64,000 nucleotides of DNA from Chiloscyllium plagiosum (Eukaryota). A model generated the notes under the pieces. It ran no database searches, was not told the origin of the DNA, and worked only from the letters and a program-made list of their open reading frames with translations. The position numbers and the translations under genes are program-made. This document shows, in pieces, positions 38,226-51,458 of the stretch (the first letter of the stretch is position 1; every line of letters starts with the position of its first letter). The stretch is taken from positions 56,431,126-56,495,125 of the forward strand of contig NC_057717.1 in NCBI RefSeq assembly GCF_004010195.1, in the 5' to 3' direction.

Positions 38226-41200
38226 AAACATAGAACGCAGAACAGTACAGCACAGTACAAGCCGTTTGGCCATCTATTGTGCCAATCTTTTATCAGACTC
38301 TAGGATCAAACTGACCTACATAGCCTTAAGTTTACTGTTTTTCCATGTGCTAGTCCAAGACTCGCTGAAATATGCTTTATGTCTCTGACTATACTGTCAC
38401 TGCTGGCAGTGCATTCCACGCAAACCAACTCACTGTAAAGCACCTACCTCTGACATCTCCCCAAAACCGTCCTCGAACTGCCTTAAAATTATTGCCCCCT
38501 TAGAACATAGAACATAGAAAAGTACAGCACAGAACAGTCCCACGGTGTTGTGCCGAGATTTTATCCTCATGTAAAATATAGTAACTTAACCTACGCACCC
38601 TGAACTCACTGCGATCCATATGCATGTCCAGCAGTCGCTTAAATGTCCCCAGTGACTCTGCTTGTGATAGAAATTTCCGCCTTGGTAAAAGCTTTATGGC
38701 TATCCACTCTATTTATGCCTCTCATCAAATTGTACACCTCTAATCACTCTGCTTTCCAAAGAGATAAATCCCTAGCTCCCTCAACTTTTCTTCATAAGAC
38801 ATGCGCTCCAGTCCAGGCAACATTCTAATAATTATCCTCTGCACCATCCCAAAAGCTTTCACATCTTTCCAGTAACGAGGTGACCAGAACTGAACACAAT
38901 ATTCCAAGTGTGGTCTAACCAGGGTATTATTGAGCTGCAGCATAACCACGTGGCTCGTAAACTCAATCCACCTGCGAATGAAAGCCAACACACCATATGA
39001 CTTCTTAACAATCCTATCAACTTGTGTGGCAAATCTGGGGGATGTATGGAAATGAACCCCAAAATCCCTCTATTCCCCCACACCACCAAGAATCCTACCT
39101 GCATCTGCATTTGAATCTGCATTCAAATTCGACCTTCCAAAATGAATTACCTCTCATTTTTTTTCCAGGTGGCACTACATCTGGCAACTTGACAGCCTAG
39201 CACGGTATCTTGCCAATGTCCCGTTGCAACCTACTACACGATCCACAACTCCACCAACCTTCATGTCATTGGCAAATTTACTAACCCACCCATCTACTTC
39301 CTCATCCAAGTCATTTATAAAAATCACAAAGAGCACAGGTCCCAGACTAGATTCCTGCAGAACACCAGTACTCATTGGGCTCTCGGCTTTATACTTGCCA
39401 TCCAATACCATCTTTAATCCTCTATGGGCCAGCCAATTCTGTATCCAGACAGACAAATGTCCCTGGATCTTTACTTTCTGAATGACCCTATTATCTGGAA
39501 CCTTATCAACTGTCTTCCTACAATCGATACACACCACATCCATTGTTCTGCCTTCGTTAATGTGTTTTGTGACATCCTCGAAGTAATCAATAAGGTTTGT
39601 GAGTCATGACATGCCCCTCACAAAGTCATGCTGACACTCTCTAATCAACCGATGCTTTTCCAAAAAATAAATTTTGTCTATCACAATTCTCTCCAATAAT
39701 TTCCTTACTACCAACATAAAACTGACTGACTGACTAGAATTCCTTGGGTTATTCTTATTCCAAGTGAATTCCGAAGCAAAGTGTTCAGTAAGGATCTCTG
39801 CTAACACCTGCAACTCAACCACAAATTCCTTCCGCTATCCCGGATCAGTCCTGCCCTCACTCTTGCCTTACTCTTGTTCCTCACGTATAGAATGCCTTGG
39901 GGTTTTCCTTAAACCTACCCACCAAGGCTTTTTCATGCCACCTTATAACTCTCCTGCTTCCATTCTTCAGTTCCTCCCTGGCCATCTCTACAGCACTATC
40001 TGATCCTTGCTTCCTCAAACTTGATCTTCTTTTGTTCTCTTGAATAGATGTTCCACATCTCTTGTCATCCAAAATTCATTCAACCTACCACTCTACTTTG
40101 CCTCAGTGGAATAAAATGATCCAACATTTGCAGCAAGTACTACTGAACCAACTCCACATTTCTGAATATCTGTTCCCAATTTATGCTCCACAGCTCCTGC
40201 CTAATAGCATTACCGTTCCCCTCCCCCAGTTAAGTACTTTCCCATGCCATCTGTTCCTCTCCCTTTGCAAGTCCATAGCGAAGGTTAGGGAGTTGTGATC
40301 ATTCGCAGTTATGCTCTCCATCTGACACCTGACTGGTTCATTGTCAAGCACCAAGTCCAACACGGACTTCTCTATATCTACTTATTGAGTCAGGAATCCT
40401 TCCTGGACACCTGAGAAATGCTGTGCCATCCAAACTATTTGAACTAAAGAGGTCCAAATCAATATTAGGGAAGTTAAAGTCATTCAGACAACAACCCTGT
40501 TACTTCTGCAACTTTCTAAAATCTGCCTCCGAACTTGCGACTCGGTATCTCTATTAATATTCGTAGAAATCTCCTAATAGAGTGACTGCTCCTTTCCTGT
40601 TTCAGACTTCCACCCATACTGACTCAGTAGACAAACTCTCCTCCATGATCTTCCTTTCTGCATCTGTGATATTATCCCTCCTTAGCAATGCCACTCCCCC
40701 ATCTATTTTACCTCCCTCCCTAATCCTTTGGAAACACCTGAAACCCGAAATATTCAGCAACCATTTCGGCCCCTGTGGTATCCAAGTCTCCATAATGGCC
40801 ACAACATTGTAGTTACAATTATTGACCAATGCTCGAAGTTCATCACCCTGATTCCTCACACCACTTGCATTAAAATAGACACAGTTCAACCCATTACAAA
40901 GACTGAAATTTTCCCTGTCCACTGTCTGTCCTTCCTTAGACTCTCTGCATGCTTTCTCCGCTTGTTCGCCAACTAGCCCATCCACTGATCCGTAGTTGCG
41001 TTTCCAATCCCACTGCCAAACTAGTTTAAACACTCCAAAAGCTGTTGCATAGCATTCCGCTCAGGTTATTGGTGGCCTTCCAGTTCTGGTGCAACCCATC
41101 TTCCTTGTACAGGTCCCACCTTCCCCAGAAGATATCCCTATGATCCAGGTATCTGAAGTTCTCCCTCCTGCACCACCCTGTAGCCACATATTCAGCTGCA

Positions 41201-41410
41201 CTCGTTCTCTGTCTCTCTCCTCACTTGCCCGTGGCACCTGTAGTAATCCTGTGATCACAATTCTGATCGTCCTGCCTTTCAGCTTTAAACTAATTACCTA
41301 TATTCAACATTTCACGTTCTCGTCCCTTTTTTCTGGCTCTGTCATTGATATTGATGTGTACCACAACTTTAGCTGCTCACATTCCCCTATAAGAATCCCA
41401 TAGACTCGAT
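38226..41410 (-). mobile_element. Decayed near full-length CR1 with a nested CR1 3' tail (about 38500-38662)
   Basis: ORF1 esterase (ITGLLQVPRASE), VYFNA..ETW, LDLVL, DHNSL, GPVLFVIFINDLD, LVRPHLEYCVQFWSP. Confidence 0.9.
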
Positions 41411-41411
41411 C

Positions 41412-41867
41412 AGGGGCAGCCCATCGTGGTCTCTTTAGAGGGTCATAGCTGCTCATCTTGGAAAGTAAATTGACTTGACTTAACTTTTGGCAAGAACAAA
41501 GAAAGGAGCATTATTTAAATTCTGCAAACTTGACCCCAGTGCATTCAGGTACATGCCTCAATGTAAAGGGGCATCTGAGCATTGTTCAGATACTTGCCCT
41601 ATACTGTTTCTTATCACGCTCTCAAGGGCAATGACTGGCAAAATTCAAGTTGTTATTCTCTCATTCCCTGGTCTTGGACAGAACAGTTCTTTAGCTTTTG
41701 CTGAGTTCGACTATTGCAGGGTCGAGTTGAATGTTTACAAATTTCAAACAGAGACAATCTGGCTGAAAACCTCATCAAAGTATTGTTTACAAAGCTCAGT
41801 ACATCATTAAATTATAGAAAAACATTCTCTTTGAAATTTCATAGTAAATGGATAATTTCCCATTACA
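41412..41867 (-). mobile_element. Putative ERV 3' LTR (distal end uncertain)
   Basis: On minus, TGTAATGGG begins directly after the polypurine tract downstream of env. Confidence 0.6.
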
Positions 41868-41881
41868 TTTTCCCCCTTTTT
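41868..41881 (-). promoter_or_regulatory. Retroviral polypurine tract
   Basis: Minus strand AAAAAGGGGGAAAA immediately followed by TG. Confidence 0.75.
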
Positions 41882-42099
41882 GTCATTTTATGACAATAAG
41901 GATAACTACAGCAACAAAGGAAAATACAGAGCCAGAATACCTTTACATCAGAAAATGCTTAGGGAACAGCAGACGTTTCCTCAGACACCACCTACTTGTG
42001 ACACAGCTCTGTTGTGCTATCGTCACTTGCTCTGATGTGCCCTGTACACAGCCCATGTTCACACGTCATTCTCGTCAACGTCATGGTAGGGTGGGGTAC

Positions 42100-43372
42100 A
42101 CGCAATCGGACCTTCCTGCCGTGGGGCCACAGATGATTTTGCCATTTGGTATCCTCATGCCCTCATAAGCAAGTGGCGTAGGCAGGTACACAAGCACGGT
42201 CCTATACGCAACACTATGAGTAAGACCTTTCCTACAACTAGTAGGATGTGTTGGATCCAATAATCCCATCCTCCCCAAAGGGATGTGACCTATCAGAACC
42301 AAGAGTCATCTGCTGGGGGAGGCGGTCGTATCTCTGCCTTCATATGACTTATAACACTAGCGATATTTTGGGACTCATCAGGAATATTTAAACAGAATGA
42401 GGTAACTAATATATTTTGCAGATGCCCCCTCTCTCGGCCGTCAATATGTCTAGCACGAATCGATTTTGTATCACTGATTCCCTAACTGCCGTTAACTCAG
42501 TGTTAATGAGTGCTAGGCCTTCCTCCATCTCATTTGCTAACAGCAATACAATATATGCGAGGTCATTAATCTTGTTTTTTGCCACTGTTGTCGCTCTCCC
42601 AAAAGAATGGAACACCCAATGCTCGCTCCTGTTGTCGTCCTGGGGTCTGTTAGTGTGTACCCATTCTCATGCCATGGGACGCCCCTTTCGGTGCGTCTGT
42701 TACCGGCCCTTGGGACGAACACTGTTGTGCCAGTGGACAGTATCGCAGGGTAGCAGCACCCCTTCCATCCTAGGGAAAGGTGGTGGTTTCCTTTATCTCC
42801 ATAGGCCCATATTATACTGGCTATCATGGTCTGAGAATTGATAAAGGAACAAACAATGTTTATCAGCGTACCATTTGCATATGTTGCTCAACAAGAATTA
42901 TTGTTCAAGTTTAGATTCATAGTGCACTGGGAGGTCCCCAAGTGGAGTCGCCACCCGATTGATGCAAATATACGTTTCTCCCCTGCTTTCCACATAGTGT
43001 TCGGCAGCACGTCAGCCTTGGGACTGCAGCTGGCCTCGAGTTCGAGTGGTGTCGCGAGATTTGCCCTAATTGTTCCCCTATCAGGGTTAGGGTAGCAGAC
43101 AGCCTTGCCAGGCTCTCTGTAATTGGTTCGGCAGTCTACCGTTGGGCTGTGTGTAAACATATCCAAAAAGGGTAGCCAACGTCTAATCTCCGGTGTTGTA
43201 CTTGAGTCAAAGCACATGCTGTGTTCCCTTCACATCTCGCAATAGCCCTTCGCACTTCCCAACTTACTGGCATCGCATTTACGCAATTTATCTCCTGCAG
43301 GGCTAATTCCACTACCGAGTCAGACTCGCTATCAAGCCCCGGTCAACTCCCTCCGGATTCAGACGTGCCATA
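42100..43372 (-). pseudogene. env: Endogenous retrovirus env (gamma-type TM), frameshifted; 5' end runs into the gap
   Basis: SU C-terminus GWKGCCYPAIL; cleavage-site remnant RRTER; heptad NKINDLAYIVLLLANEMEEGL; immunosuppressive domain QNRFVLDILTAERGGIC; after a 2-nt shift KILVTSFC (CX6CC remnant) LNIPDESQNI; then WGGWDYWI and a hydrophobic TM. Confidence 0.88.
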
Positions 43373-43872
43373 NNNNNNNNNNNNNNNNNNNNNNNNNNNN
43401 NNNNNNNNNNNNNNNNNNNNNNNNNNNNNNNNNNNNNNNNNNNNNNNNNNNNNNNNNNNNNNNNNNNNNNNNNNNNNNNNNNNNNNNNNNNNNNNNNNNN
43501 NNNNNNNNNNNNNNNNNNNNNNNNNNNNNNNNNNNNNNNNNNNNNNNNNNNNNNNNNNNNNNNNNNNNNNNNNNNNNNNNNNNNNNNNNNNNNNNNNNNN
43601 NNNNNNNNNNNNNNNNNNNNNNNNNNNNNNNNNNNNNNNNNNNNNNNNNNNNNNNNNNNNNNNNNNNNNNNNNNNNNNNNNNNNNNNNNNNNNNNNNNNN
43701 NNNNNNNNNNNNNNNNNNNNNNNNNNNNNNNNNNNNNNNNNNNNNNNNNNNNNNNNNNNNNNNNNNNNNNNNNNNNNNNNNNNNNNNNNNNNNNNNNNNN
43801 NNNNNNNNNNNNNNNNNNNNNNNNNNNNNNNNNNNNNNNNNNNNNNNNNNNNNNNNNNNNNNNNNNNNNNNN
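43373..43872. other. Assembly gap (500 N)
   Basis: Run of N. Confidence 1.
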
Positions 43873-44819
43873 GACCAATAATAATCAGTATATGATGAAT
43901 CCACCAACTGTTTCAGGTTCGTATGTGATGCTTGTTTGGACCTTCTCCAAATATTGCGGAAAAGACATTTAGAAAAGACCATGCGAATCTTCGGTGAAAG
44001 CAATTTCCAAAATCTACCTGTCAATCCAGGATGAAATACACAAGTATCAGATGGTAAATTTTAACTTTCATGTTCTCTATCCACCATTGTTGCAGGTTCT
44101 TAGGGATTTGTCGAACAGATTCTATTCCTCTTTAAAAAATTATATTGGCCATTTCCTTTGGCTTCACAGGAAGCACAAATGCTCCCTGATGCTGACCTTC
44201 CCTCAATTGGATTAGTCGTATTCGATTCGATGGTGACGCTGAACCAGGGTCATAAAAACTGCCCTGAGTTTCCATTTGACTGATCAGAGCCACAAACCTT
44301 TGGCCACATTATAGGTGATCCCATGTGATAATAGGATCTGAATGACTGGATTTGCTTTATTTTCTTTCCTTATCTGTCGCTGTGTCTCATAATTAAGACA
44401 TGGGATGTGAAAAGCTAAAACACATTGATGGACAAATTGTCTCCATGCTTATAAATAGGCTGCACGTGTTGGAAATCATTCCAAATGTTGTGCCTTACAA
44501 AGATTCCTCTCCACCATCCCTCTCGGGCCCTTAAAGTACCCCGATTAAGATAACTGGTGGGGTGGAAGCCTGGAGCTGCCGTCCCATTTAAGGAAAGCAG
44601 GAGCTCAGGAGTTCCTTGTTAGGATTTTAATATATGCACAAGAATGATTAAACGTCGCCCGTCTCCCTGCCAGATCCATTGTATTCTGCGACGCATTTCA
44701 TTTTCAAAATCCGTGGCGCCGAAAATAATCCGTCTGTCTCTCGCCGACTCAGTGCATGATCCGTTCAGCATTCTTTGTTGTGTCTGAGCACTGCTTGGTG
44801 AATTTTCGGCAAGAGACAT

Positions 44820-45532
44820 TCATGAACAGAGATATCTCGGTGTCCATGTGCATTGATCCCTGAAATTTGCCCTCAACCATCCCCTCCGCTGCCCAGGTTG
44901 ATCGGCTTGATAAGAATGCATATGGTGTGTTATCTTTTATTTGCAGAGGGATTGCGTTTCATAACCAAAAGGATATGTTGCACTTGTAAAAAATCTCTGT
45001 TGAGGCTGCACTTGGAATATTACATACAATTAAGTTCACTGCATTATGCGAAGAAAGTGGAAGCTTTGGAAAGGGTGCAGAGGAGGTTTACCAGAATGTG
45101 ACCTGTTATGCAGGGAAGTTCTTTTGAGGAAAAGCTGACGGACTTGAAGCTGTTTTCGTGTAGGGAGAAGAAGTTTGAGAGGTGATTTAATTGAGAACTA
45201 AAAAGATAATTAGACAGTTCGATGCAATGGACCGTGAGAATCGTTTGCTTTGGATGGTGATGGCGAGCACGAGGGAGCATAAACTAAATTGAAGGCTGGT
45301 AGATACAGGACAGATATTCGAGGTAGTTTCTTTTCTCAGAGAGGAGGAGGGGCGTGGAACACCCGGCCTGTAACAGTGGTGAATCGTCAAATTTAAGGGC
45401 ATTTAAATGGTCATCGGATAAACATATGGATGAAATTGGAATAATGTAGGTTAGAGAGGTTTGAGATTGGTTCGACAGGTTGACGGACCATCGATAGCCA
45501 AAAGACCTCCATTGTGCCGTAATGTTCTATGT
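44820..45532 (+). mobile_element. CR1 LINE 3' part
   Basis: LRLHLEYY..ALERVQRRFTRM; ttctatg tail. Confidence 0.85.
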
Positions 45533-45669
45533 GAAACGCGCACAGGATGCTGCGTAGCTGATCCGCCATGGATTTGTATATTTTTCCCTTAATTTCGTGT
45601 TTTTTATGATATCTTTCTGGAGGGGCAAACCTTGAAGAATGTCGATCTCTGAGGGGTATTATTGCTGGA

Positions 45670-45945
45670 CTGTTAATCTCGAAACCTAGGTAATGTTCTG
45701 GCGAGCTGGGTTTGTGTCGTGCCACAGCAGATTGTGGAATTTGAATCCAATAAAAACCATTGATGATTTGCAGAGAAATCAGTCCGGTTCATCAGTCCCT
45801 TTTAGCTAAGCAAGTCTGTCATCTGTATCCGTCCACTTGCGATTCCATAGTCGCAGAAATGTTGTGACTCTGGGCAATTAAGAAATGGACAAAACATGTT
45901 GGCCCAGTTTCCCTGGGTCTTTACCCTGTGAATGAATAATTTTTT
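45670..45945 (+). mobile_element. Shark SINE-like repeat
   Basis: ggttcatcagtccctttag, gggcaattaagaaatgg, gtgaatgaat end; related to 16060-16370. Confidence 0.5.
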
Positions 45946-46779
45946 TAAATCCCTCTCTCAAAGCATTTTGTTGTCCCGAGCGAACACAATGCACACCAGA
46001 GTGTCTTGCCTTCCCACACACCATAACGAGAAAGACCAACAATTTAAGCCAAGGACTTGGTAGATCCTCAGAGATTAATGACGTACAACCTCTAATATTG
46101 CTTAGCCTCCTCCTGACATTCCAGCTTGAATGTATTATTTTATTTGTACATTTTAAAAATGACAAATGATTCCTCGTGATTTCCAGTGACACTGTTTAGC
46201 ATTCTCATAAAAAGTGTATTAAAATATGTATAAAGATTATGTATCTGTATTCAATTCTGAGGTGTAGAATGGAGTTCAGAAAATCCCTTCGGGAATGCAT
46301 TTTTTGACAATGTACAGCAAAGAGAGGATTAGCATTTCTGGTCGTTCTTGAATGGAATGAAGATGGCCTGGTGACACATTATGTCTTCCCACAATCCTGC
46401 CCTTCCCGCATTCTTCCATCTCTGTGCTAAGCTATAGTTTTCCTTGTTACCACTTCCTTTACCACCGTGCACACATCTCAGAGGAACTCTTCCTGCTAAT
46501 TCAAAGTGCTTGCCACGACATAACAAATTCCCCTCTCCATGAAGACTTCATTATGTTATTTTCCTGTGTGTCACCTGACCCTCACATTTAATATCACCAT
46601 AATCACATGTATATGATTTTCAGACTTCAATATCATTCCGTTCAGCAAGTTCACATATTGTCTTTGGAGATATAAGAATTACCAATTTTCCTCCACCTCC
46701 CTCATAGGCCATGGCTCCAGGTATCTTTGGCTGGTGATTTGTTGCTTTATTTATACTTTAGCCTAAGCTAACTTACTGT

Positions 46780-49730
46780 ATTTGCTACTCACAATGCAGT
46801 CTTCACTTGCTCCCTCACTCTTACTCCAGGTCCCTCACAGTAACATTTGCTTCATCCCAGTTACACTCACTCCTTCACAATCACACTCACTGCTTCATAG
46901 TCACCCTTGCTCCGTCACTACCACCCCCTCGTTTTCTGACTGTCGCTATCACTCCCCAATGTGACTCTCACTCCTGTAATCGCACTCTCACTCCTTCACT
47001 GCAAACCTCACTCAAACACTGGTGGCCTCAATTACTCATTCTTCCACTCACTCCCTCACTCTCACTCCTTCTCTGTAACAATCACTCACTCAATGTCACT
47101 CTCGCTCATTTACTGTCAGTCGAGCTCCCTTATAGACACATAGCCTCACTCCCAGTCATATACAATCCCTCATTGTCACACTCACTCCCTCAAATTCACA
47201 CTCACTCCCACACCACCAAATTTCCCTCCCTAACTGTCACTCCCCTCCTCAATATCACTCACCCTCCCTCACACTGACTTACACTTATTCGCACTCACAT
47301 GTACTCCCTCACAATCACCCTCACTCCTCACTGTCACTCTCACAAATTCTCCTTCACTATCAGTCTCGCCCACTCAATGCAACTCTCGCTCTTTCACTTT
47401 CGTTCCATCACTCTTATTTTTGCTCCCTCATTGTAAATCTCGCACGCTCACTCTCGCCGTCTCACTGTGACTCTTGCTCACTCTCTCACTTCCACTCTCA
47501 CTCGCAAATCTCACCCTTGCTCCTACTTTGTCACACTTGCTTTCAGACTGTCACCCTCTCTCCTCACTCTCATCTCAGCACCTCACTCATTCACTCATTC
47601 CGTCACTGTCATTCCTTTACTTTGATGCTCCCTTCCGAATTTTCATGTATTCTGCCCCTCTCTCACTCTAGCTCATGCACAGTCACGTCCATTGCATCAA
47701 ACTCATTCCCACGCTGTCGCACTCAGTCCCCCACTATCACTCCCTCACAGTCACTCCCTGTTTGTGATTTAATCACTCTCAATCTCTCAAACTCACTCTC
47801 ATTCCCTCAATCTCACTCACGTCTTACTTCACGGTCGCACTCATTCCTTCACAGTCATATTTCACTCCCTCAGAGCCAGACTTACTCCCTCACTGTCACC
47901 CGCTCAACCTCACTCCTTCATTTCACTCTCATATACTCAATCTGAGGCTCACTCCCTCACAATCACACATAACTCCTCACTGCTAGACTCACTTTCGATG
48001 ACACTGCTTATGTCACCGTCAATCTCACTCCTCCACAGTCACATTTCTCCCTCACCCGCACATTCACTTTCATTGTCACACTTACTCTCACTCCCACTCA
48101 GACACACTCAGTCCCTGTGTCTCACTTGCACTCCATCAGTGTCATGTTCGTTGCCTTACTGTCACGTGCAGTGGCGTACAGACACACTCTCCCTCATTCC
48201 ACCACTATCTCTCACAGTCACTTTCATTTCCACATTGTCATGCTGAATCTCTCACGGTAACACTCACTCCCTTACAGTCACACTAACTCACACTGATTCC
48301 ATGACTGTCAATCTCGTTCTCGCAAACTCACTCCCCAATCTCACTCCTCCACTCTCTCTCTCCCCTCACTCCTTTACACTCATTCTTGCAGTCACACACC
48401 CTCACTCGCTCATTCTCATTCTTTCACACTCAAACTCACTTCCTCACTCTAAGTCTAACTACCTTAATCTCACTGTCCCTTAATGTCATTCTCACTCCGT
48501 GACTGTCTCTCTCACTGCCTCATTGTCATACCCACTCTCAACGTCACTCTCACTTCCTCACATTCGCAGTCATACTCTTACAGTTATTCTCACTTCCTCA
48601 CAATCACACTCACTCCCTCCCAGCTGCACTCTGTCCTTCATAGTCCCACGCACTCCTTCATAATCTGTAATATTCTGCACAGTTCTGATCTCCTTACTTG
48701 AGGAATGACATACTGGCTTTGGAGGTGATGCAGAGCAGGTTCACCAGGTTTACACAGCAGATGAATGGGTTACCCAATGATGAGAGGTTGAACAGCCTGG
48801 AAGTGTACACACTAGAATTTAGAATAATTAGACGCAATCTCATTGAGACATGTAAAATAATAAAAGATGATAGGTAAGGTAAAGAGAGGTAATTTGTTTC
48901 TAATGGTTGTTGAGACTAGGACGAGGTATATGGCCTTTTGGGTAGATTTTGGGCAGAGATAAGGAGGAACTTATTTTTCCAGAGAATAGCGTATCTGTGC
49001 AGTTCTCTGCCCAAGTAATCAGTGGAGGCAGCATCATTAAAAATAATGAAAGATGGGTTTGTGCATGGCAGTGTACTTAAGGATTATGTGGATATTGCAG
49101 GGAAGAGGAGCTGAGACGACGGATAGACAGCAGTAATCTTAATGAATGGCTGTGCAGGTTTGACGGACCAAGTGGCCTACTCCTATTTTAATGGCATGAA
49201 ACTATGATACTATTGTCGCACTTGCTCCCTCATTGTCGGACTTATTCTCCCGCAGATACACTCACTCCCTCACTCTCACTCTTACTCCCTCACTGTCACA
49301 TTCACTCCCTTACTGTCATGTTCACTTCTTCACAGATACGGTTACTTCCTCACAGTCAATCTCACTACCTCACAACCAATGTTCTCCCTCAATTTCACTC
49401 TTACAAGGTCGTGCTCTTTACTTCATTTACTCACTGCCTCACTGTTACACTTGCCCCCTCACGCTCACGATGATTTCCTCACTGTCACACTCACTCTTTC
49501 TCTGTCACAGTCACGTTCCCACTGTCACACTCATTCCTTCCTAGTCACGTTCATTCTCGCTCCTTCATAATCACACTTGCTCGCTCACAGTAACACTCAC
49601 TCCCTCATAGTGACACTCACTTCCTTAATGGCGCCCTCACAGTGACACTCAATTCCTCATGATCGCACTCGTTTTTGCACAGTTGCACTCGCTCCCTGTC
49701 ACTGTCACACTCAGTCAGTGTCACACTCCA
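46780..49730. repeat. Cryptic (ctcact/cact) low-complexity array, G-poor, split by a LINE
   Basis: Recurrent cactcactccctcac and cactgtcacactc motifs at 46780-48660 and 49210-49730. Confidence 0.9.
48672..49205 (+). mobile_element. CR1-clade LINE 3' fragment inside the low-complexity array
   Basis: ttctgatctccttacttgagg..gcagagcaggttcaccagg..tggcctactccta. Confidence 0.8.
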
Positions 49731-49809
49731 TCTGTGATATTAGTCAATGCGTCAAGGTGTTTTGTTCATTTGAAAATCCGATGATTCATTCTTTCCTGTT
49801 TTTCGATAG

Positions 49810-49887
49810 TAGAACGTTTGAAGCCACTGCAGAAGATCGTGGGCTTTAATAATTCCCAGTTTTCGGAATGCAACATGCCTGACGCAG
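49810..49887 (+). CDS. Candidate exon (phase 1-1)
   Basis: ctttcctgtttttcgatag| ... CAG|gtaaat; ERLKPLQKIVGFNNSQFSECNMPDA. Confidence 0.4.
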
Positions 49888-51458
49888 GTAAATCTCTGTC
49901 ACAGATTCAGAATAAGACCTCACTATTGCAGGTTAGTGGTTGATCTGATATGTTACATTTTGTACATTCCTATTGCTTAGCCCATGCGAAGTTTGTGAAG
50001 TTAGACAGACACTGCCAAAACGTTTAATTCTCTCAGTGAAGTAGATGAGATCAGATTTTGTAACTTGCATCTTAATGAATCGAAACTTGGACATCTTTTC
50101 TCGCAGAGTTCTCCATATCATATTTCTCCAAACAAACTAACATTTTTTTGCAATTCAGGAATGTATGAATGAAATCAGGTTTTGACACATTCACCCCTCT
50201 CCTGTGCTGACAGAATGCTAGACCCAAACTGAATCTTTCTGTGCTCCTGCGCGCTGTAGAACATTGTACTGTTTAGTTTATATTGTCTCTCTTCGATCTA
50301 ACATCCAGCAACATGGCTCACATTTTGCTGTATTTCATCTGCAGGTGATCGAGAGATGTACAATATGTGAGATATTTCTTTATTTATGTGCAAAGCCGGG
50401 TTGTATGATTCAGAAGTTGTCAGGTAGTCATTTTTTAAAAATTTGGTACTGGCTGCCATTTCATGTTAGCACAGGACTGACTTTGAGTTTATTAGAGTGA
50501 GAGGAAAGATGGAGTGGGGACCTGGGGAGTCCGTGAGTATTTTAATGCAGTTTAGATTTACCAGAATGACAGCTGGACAGCAACGATTCAGTGATAAGGG
50601 AAAGAAATGACACAACTATAGTCTGTTATTCCTAAAAGATCGAAGGTAATGGATGTTTCTAAGTCAATAATGAAATCTGTTGAGATACACATTAAAAGGC
50701 TTCTTGCTGCTTCTGGATCTAGATCTAGGATCATCAGCTAAATGTATAACAATAGCCTGAAATCGTTTTAAGAGTAAAACGACTGATAAAACATTCACAT
50801 TTCTCTGCGTGTGAGGAGATCAGGTGAGGAACATAAAATTCCTCCCGAATTTGGCATTATTACGTCAGAAGGATTTTTCCAACAATCTGTGGATTATGGT
50901 CTCTGTGGACTTCGTTCACCCGAACTCCACACTGCTCCGCTACCAAGGCATCGCAGCCCCACCCTCTCTGTTCCCCAAGCAACAGCTCATTGTATCCCTA
51001 ACAATGGCCTGCTGCCTCACACCCATTCATTTCCCCCAGCAACAGCCATTTGTAGAACATCTAATCTGTTCTCTCAGCAGTGGCCAGTGCACTTGCTCGA
51101 TTCTGTTCCCGAACAAAGAGCAGTGGTCCTACTCCCTCATTGTGCTCCTAGTAATGGCCAATGGTCCAACACAATTCAATTCTATGAACAATGGCCGTCA
51201 GACCCTTTTGCTTTCTGCTCATCTAGTGACAGTCTTTGGCCCAACCCCATAGCTGTTCCCAAGCAATGATCTGATACACCGAGTCCATTCTGTTGGCTGA
51301 ATTGCTTCTGACCTCATCCACATTCTGTTCCACGAGCATCATCCGAGAACCCAACAGCAACGATCTCCGACCACACCAGAAGGCCTGGGACAGGGACTGG
51401 GATAGTACAGTCATTACCAAAACACGGCTATGGGAGGGTCAGGACTGGCAGCTTAATG

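Noticed and set aside
34396-44024. ORFs containing X runs
   Set aside because: Artefacts of the N gaps
46782-49570. Ser/His/Leu/Thr-rich ORFs
   Set aside because: By-products of a G-poor simple repeat that is open in several frames
50811-51269. Two overlapping ORFs of about 150 aa
   Set aside because: Degenerate C/A-rich repeats (aacaatggcc, cagcaacag); no recognisable domain
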